NCBI RefSeq assembly: GCF_000143415.4
Contig: NW_003314265.1
Span: 1,840,777-1,904,776 of the forward strand
DNA length: 64,000 nucleotides
Reading direction: 5' to 3'
From: Selaginella moellendorffii
Taxonomy: Eukaryota > Plantae > Lycopodiophyta
Part shown: positions 57,616 through 64,000 of the stretch, one piece after another
Layout: every line of letters begins with the position of its first letter
Position numbering within the stretch: the first letter of the stretch is position 1
Made by a program: the position numbers and the translations under genes
The notes under the pieces: generated by a model
The model's input: the letters and a program-made list of their open reading frames with translations, nothing else
Told to the model about the DNA's origin: nothing
The model's database searches: none

Positions 57616-60493
57616 ATGAAGTTTGGCAAGCAGTTTGAGACGCAGCAGGTCCCGGAATGGAGGGAGGCGTACTTGGACTACCGGCAGGGCAAGGAGATCG
57701 TCAAGCATATGGCCAAGATCAAGAAGCAATGGCAAGAGGAGAGCGAGCCGCACCTCTCCAGGAGGATCTCAAACTTCCGGAGGCTCGTCAGCGGATTCCA
57801 ACATGCGCATTCGCCGCGGGGGGCGCGATCGCCAACCTCGGAGGAAGAGATGATCCTGGTATGAGATTCTTCTTCTTCGGGATTCACTTAGCGTTGTAAC
57901 ACTTTTTTTGGTGGATATAGATCGAGCCAAAGCAAACTAGCGATGGCATGGAGTTCCAAACAGCGTTCTTGGGTGATGGTAGCCCGCACGACGAGCTCGA
58001 GAGAACGTTTTTTTGGCTGCTCGACAAGGAGCTGGCCAAGCTCAACAAGTTTTACAAGTCCAAGGAGAAGGAGCTCGTGACGCAGGCGACGGCGCTGGAT
58101 TCCCAGATGGAAGCGCTCCTCTCGGCAAAGAAATCCGTGGACAACTTAGACGCTGGAAACGGGGAGAGCAACGCTAGCAGCCATGGCCGCCTCTCCGTGG
58201 TGGAGGAAGATGGAGGGAGCGTTCGACAGATAAAGATTGACATCCCTGCGGCGAAGCCAGCCGACGCGCTGGCTGCTCTCTTCGCGGAGCTGGCCAACAA
58301 GTCCATCACGAACTTAAACTCGCGGCGACTGAAGCGAGCCGAGGAGATGCTTCAGAACGCCTTCGTGGAGTTTTACAAGGGCCTGTACATCTTGAGAAAC
58401 TTTTGGTACGTAAGTTCGCTTTTCGAAAGTTCGTGTTTTCATGTTGTCCTTTTCCTCTGCAGCTCATTGAACATAATTGCGTTTTCAAAGCTCCTGAAGA
58501 AATACAACAAGGTCAGCCAGCTTTTTGACATCCACCGGTTTAACTGACACAGATTCTTTGTACGATGCCTCCAGGTTACTCAGCGGAACCTTGGAAGGAA
58601 GTACATGAAAGCCGTAGAAGATTCATACATCGGACAATCTGAGATTGTAAGTGATCGCACATTAATATTCTCCATCGGTGTTAATGCCACTCGATGTTTC
58701 TTACTTTCAGATCCAAAAGCTTATGGAAAAAGTAGAGGTACTGTTCACCAAGCATTTCACGGATTCAAACCGTCGCGACGCGATGCAAGTTTTGAGACCC
58801 GAGGCCCGGAAGGAGAGGCACCGGATATCATTCTTTGTAGGTAATGCGATGTTCTTGAGAGTCCTCAAGGTGCCTGGTTAACTTAACAGCTTTGTTTGCG
58901 CAGGTGTATTCTTTGGTCTCTCTGTTGCTCTTCTAGTGTCTCTCGTTTTAACTATTCGCGTCGAGAGGCTATATGTTCGTGAATATGCTACGACATACAT
59001 GGATGCAGTGTTTCCGATTTTCAGGTGAGACCTCAGCTAATATCTTTGTCTAACTTTCTCATGAGATATACTCCTCTTTACAGTATGCTTACAGCAGTAC
59101 TGCTACACTTCTTCCTCTACGGACTAAACATATATATGTGGAGAAGGACCAGAATAAATCACACGTTTATTCTTGGGCTCAACCGAAAGTCCGAGCTACG
59201 CTTCCGAGATGTGTTTTTGCTCGCAACGTGGCTGAGTACATTAGCTCTGAGTGGATTGATACTACACTTGCAAGTGACGGCTGGTGAGATATGCTGCCAA
59301 ACATATCAGGAAATCATCCCGCTCCTCGTTGTCGCCGTAAGGATTTTGCTTTAGAAGATTTTTTGTACCAAATGCCTGAACTTCCGTGTTGTACTTCAGG
59401 GAATGGTCGTGCTTCTGTTTATGCCGTTCAACATACTCTACCGCGCCACCCGTTACTTTTTCCTGAACGCCCTTTGGCATTGCCTATTGACGCCATTCTA
59501 CAAGGTTCGCAGTGTCTCTCGTGATATATCAAGTTGGTATTCATGCTTTTGTCTGTATGACAGGTTATCATCACGGATTTTCTTCTCGCAGACCAGCTTA
59601 CGAGTCAGGTAAAATAGGCCAGCCTCATTCTCACCTTTGTGACAAGCTTTGAGTTGCAGGTTCCGGCACTGAGGGATTTGGAATACGTTCTATGCTACTT
59701 CGGCGGTGGATTTTTCAAGGACCGCAACAGCAATGCCTGCCTCAAGAACCCGACCTTCATCACTTTTGGATTCGTCATGGCGTTGCTACCTTACTGGTGC
59801 CGTTTTTCGCAGGTAACTTCATTCGTCTCGCAGATTCCTTTGAGCTCCTCCTTGGTAACTTGCACAGCTCCTTTGATGACAGTGTCTACGGCGTTGGCAC
59901 GATGAGAAGGATGTGATGCAGCTGTACAACGCTCTCAAATACTTCTCGGCGATCCTGGCCGTTGCAGCGAGGCTGGCCTACGGATACTACAAGGATCCCG
60001 TGCTGCTGGGCTTCACCATCGCCATCTCAGCCACAGCAGCCATTGTCTCAACTTACTGGGATTTAGTCTACGACTGGGGCCTTCTCGAGCGAAACTCCGC
60101 CAATCCCTGGCTCAGGGACAAGCTCGCTATCCCATACAAGTCGGTCTACTACTTCGCCATTGTAAGTTCTTGCCATCAACTTATCGGTTTCAGTTCTAAA
60201 GCTCTCGGTGACAATGTAGGTGTCAAACATTTTGCTGAGATTCGCGTGGCTCCAATCCTTGATACCGATTTCGATGCCAGGGATAAATCCCAAGGGGCTG
60301 TCGCTCATCGTGGCTAGCCTGGAAGTTATCAGGCGTGGACAATGGAACTATTACAGGTAAATCTCGTCACATTCTTCCATCTCTTTGGCTCTAAAATTCG
60401 CAATGTCTTTGATCTAGGCTGGAGAACGAGCATTTCAACAACGTTGGAAAGTTTCGTGCTGTCAAGTCGGTGCCTCTGCCGTTTGTGGATTGA
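57616..60493 (+). CDS. PHO1: PHO1-family phosphate exporter, copy 2 (apparently intact)
   Basis: All exons and GT-AG sites present. Only an in-frame 12-bp deletion and missense changes were seen relative to copy 1. Confidence 0.88.
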
Positions 60494-60618
60494 TGTTTTT
60501 CCCTCCCTTTTTTTTGTAAACGGAAGTAAATAGACGGAATGTTCTGACCTGCTAAACAGAGTATTTGGGCTAGCAGAATATGTTAAGGCATTTTGGCGGG
60601 CTTTGAGTTGTGGCGGCT

Positions 60619-60819
60619 ATGGAGGCGCCTGGCGACGATGAGCTCGAGTGGATGGCGATGGAGCAGGGTCAGGCCATGGAGGACGAAGAGCTTCTCATGG
60701 ATGAAGCGTTCTTTGATCAGATCCGGGGCTCCGATGGGTTTGAGGAGGGCAAGGGGGGGTTTGAGGATGTGAATGCCGGTGCGTGTCCAGCGATTTTTTT
60801 CCCTTTAGGTAGAGTTTGA
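60619..60819 (+). pseudogene. CTF18: CTF18 5' stub after ~3.74 kb internal deletion
   Basis: gatgtgaatgccgg (=47497) is joined to tgcgtgtccagcg (=51239) at 60778-60780. Confidence 0.92.
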
Positions 60820-60965
60820 TTCTTCATTTGCAGGCTTGCAGCTGCTGTTTTGTAGTTATTCTTCGATTAATAATTATGGACACTCAAATCCATTAACTTA
60901 AGAGAATCAAAGCTGATTTGTTTCGTTCAGAATCCCCTCCCGTTTCTTTTGAAGCTGTTGTTGTA

Positions 60966-62496
60966 ATGGCGACAATGGCGGCTGCTGCTGGATTCTGCTG
61001 CTGTTAGGCTTCTGGATACGTTCCAACGAGGCCCTGGGTTCTTCGAGTTCAGCGCATTGCGGAGCCGAATCTGCGACTGTGAGTCACCTCCTACCCTGTG
61101 TTTTGTTGTTTTTTCGTTGCTTATATCTCTCTCAGGTGCTCTGAGGCAAGGAGCAACTTTTGCATTTGTGCTGCTGCTGCTGATTCCAGCCAGGCATCAC
61201 AATCGAGCAGCGGCGAAGAGATTGATCGATTGATAGATAAGCTGCGGAGCACAGACTCCCAACTGGTGAGCGAGTCGGAAAGAACTGGCTACTTAAATAA
61301 TGATCACTGAAAGTTTTGTTTTTCGTTTTTATTCTCGAGCTACCACAGATAGTTGCGGAGAATGTCCTGGCGTTTGATAGTAAGTTCTGGCTTCGACTGG
61401 CTACCAGGACAGACCTTTGTAAATCGGAAGATGATAAGGTAAGGTTTCATCCATTTCGTATTATCTTGTTGTAAAAAATAAAATTTGGAAGATGGATCTT
61501 GAAGAGCTTGCATCCAACATAATGCAGCTAGTCGAGCGCATTGTACAGAAGACAGATGTTTACACATATCTGTTATCACCCAATTTTTGTCTGAAAGAAT
61601 GTTTATTTGTCTGAATGAACAGGAAAAGATTGAAACTTCCACAGATGTGCTTATGGCGATTCTAGAGCCAGTCGCAGGCTCCAAAAACGAAGAAATTGTC
61701 TGGCCGCCTCGTGATCCTGATGCATTGCAAAGAGTCAGAAAGGTATCTCTGTTTTTGTAGATGTTTGTTCTTTTTAAATTCCTTTTTTCTTCTTTCTCAA
61801 TCTCAGGAGCTGGGGAAAGTGCCGGCTACTTGGATGATGGTTTTCTCGCAGAAGTGAACGCTCAACTTCGTCAGGTATGGATGGAAGGTTTCCTTTTCTT
61901 TTATTTTCATATATTTTTACATTTTTCGTTGCTAGAAAGGCCAAAAAAGATGCTGATAAGCCCGGATTGCTGGCTTTGCTACAAAAAGTGCTACAACTTT
62001 ATGCAGCAACGTTTCTTGCAAAGACAAGCTATGCCAAGAGAGGTTTGTAGCTTCAATCGTTTCTCACAACAAACTTACGCTGTAATCCTTTTTTCTTTGT
62101 TTGATGCAAGCAGATGGAGTCGTAGACGAAGCTGAGGAACTGCTCGAGAATATAATCTCAGGTTCGCTTTTGCATCTTCCTTTTCTCGTGGTTAGCTAGA
62201 CAAGTTCTATTTTTTATAGGTGACAGCGAAGCTTGGGATAGCATGATAAGGTCCGGAGTGGACTTGGGCGGTGGCCCAGTTAAGAGCGTAGATCTTCGCA
62301 AAATGGCTAAGAAACGCATTGAGCGAATTTTTCTTAGAACAGTAAGTCTCATTGCTTCATTTTTTTTCTTTTCTTGGTTTTCTGAGCAAAAGCTTATAAG
62401 CAGGAAGGTGGCTCTTACAAGCAAAGAATTCTCATTGAGTACTTGAAAGAGATTGAGAGAAGCGTGGATATGGTTGTAGCAGCCTTTTCTTCCTGA
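60966..62496 (+). pseudogene. Plastid-type protein duplicate, pseudogene
   Basis: Deletion across exon 1/intron 1 gives a stop after 13 codons (…TGC TGC TGT TAG). Acceptor TAG>GAG at ~61339; 7-bp frameshift deletion at ~61812. Confidence 0.85.
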
Positions 62497-64000
62497 GATG
62501 TTTATAAACATTTTTTTTCTTTATTACATATAAACACTTTTTATTCTTTTTACATACATTTTAAAATTTCAAGGTAATGTTGCATTTCTCATAAACCCTA
62601 GTTATGAACTAAAGGATTACTTTGTGAAACTATGGCTAACCTAACCTCATTTTAGATAAGGAGAAATTGTTGGACCTAACCATATTCCCTAGCATGTGGA
62701 GCTGTCTCACGGATGTTCTTATGTCACTGGGAGGAGGAAAATATGATGGATTTGCTACAGATCGGTCCCCTTTTGGAGAAGCATCTCCATTTCACTGTGC
62801 TGCTTGGTTTGTAAGGCTTGCTCCTTCAGTCCTAGTATGAATCAATTGTTGATCCTCAAGCTCATCGTGCTCCAGTTTATCAGCCATCTTCTTCACTCTC
62901 AATGCTTCTCCAAGTATTTTGTTTCTTCCTCTCTTCTTTCTCCAAAGTACTTGACTATTCTTTGGTTCAAGAGCTCTACTGACCGTTATGGCTTGCAAGG
63001 CTCTACGTCCTCAAAGTGTCTGCTGCTAGCAAATTAGAGAGGAAGACTCTCGTCTATCTTGTGAATTATGCACATACCACAAGGATCTCTGGCAACTCAC
63101 AAATCATTAACTTAGAAGAAGAAGCAGTAAAGTAAAGGAAGCCATGGCTGTGAGTCCTATGTTCGCTAAAAATCAACAGTGTTGGGTAAGTATCACAGAG
63201 TTAATGTTTATGCCATTGGATTTTATTAGCAGGTGAGGTAAAACATTTCTCTGGGTGTTTGGGGTTTTTAGTACAATAGTTTTTTGCGAGCAACTAGATT
63301 TTGTTGTAGTTTGTAGTAATGTGTTAACTCTATTGATTTCTTGAATTTTTAATTACATACTAAAGGTTTTAGCATTTGTAATGATTTATTGTGCTTAAGC
63401 TTAGTTGTGCAAAACACTTTTCATTACCCTCACTAAGGAGATAATTTTAAGCATAAAGTGATTGTGTTAGCCTGTGGCATTCAAACTCAAAATTAAGCTT
63501 ATGTGCTGAAAAATATCACACCCACAATCCTTAAGTGCTAAGTTGTCAAAATATTTAATATGGAGTGAAATCTATGTAGTCTAAAAAATTACATATATAG
63601 CACTGATTTGGATTTTGCCATGTATAGATGGAATGTTTATTTTATGGTGGGGTGGGTGGCATAGATAAAACCCTAAAGAAAAACATAAATACATTTAAAT
63701 TCTTATAATACATATGTGTGTCTCACAAAATAATATTTTGAACACATGCATGTATTATTGTCCTTATGTATACATGGTAAATAGGCATATATTGTTGTTT
63801 GCCATGTATGCATGGCAAACAGGCATATATTATTATTTGAAATTAAAAAAGCTTAAGAAAATCTATATAATTAATTTCTAAATTTAAATTTTCTCCCAGC
63901 TCAACATGATTTAAATCCAAGGACACTCAACCCTAAATATCTTAAAATCCTTAACTTTAAATATTTCAAAATATTTTATGAAAAAGATACATTCTTATTT

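Larger units (their letters stand above)
41733..64000 (+). repeat. Tandem segmental duplication: 41733-55165 repeated from 55166 to the window end
   Basis: atcgggagattatc at 41733 and 55166. Same gene order, with near-identical exons and introns. Confidence 0.95.

Noticed and set aside
62792-62998. Coding-like fragment on the minus strand (also ~53340-53600)
   Set aside because: Stops and indels differ between the duplicates; could not be assigned to any family

Overview
Compact, gene-dense land-plant nuclear DNA with very short (~45-75 bp) introns. GC-rich genes alternate with AT-rich, C>T/G>A-decayed repeats. This pattern suggests a Selaginella-type lycophyte (inference). From left to right: decayed Ty3/gypsy element (1-4164, -); mosaic foldback sequence; LINE endonuclease remnant; Crinkler/RHS-type NTPase+nuclease pseudogene; conserved unknown gene; class-B ARF with a uORF-rich leader; CAACG-rich ~0.65 kb tandem triplication; SAC3/GANP; KUP/HAK K+ transporter; a second copy of the same gypsy family (26416-31197); organellar GyrB; C2H2 zinc finger with EAR motif; LRR-only protein; FLA; unknown membrane protein. 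Last is a 13.4 kb tandem segmental duplication (41733-55165 repeated from 55166) carrying a coiled-coil gene, PHO1, CTF18 and a plastid protein gene. In the second copy only PHO1 appears intact, and the breakpoint lies at the end of a long inverted repeat. CDS coordinates are gene spans including introns, and exon joins were read by eye.
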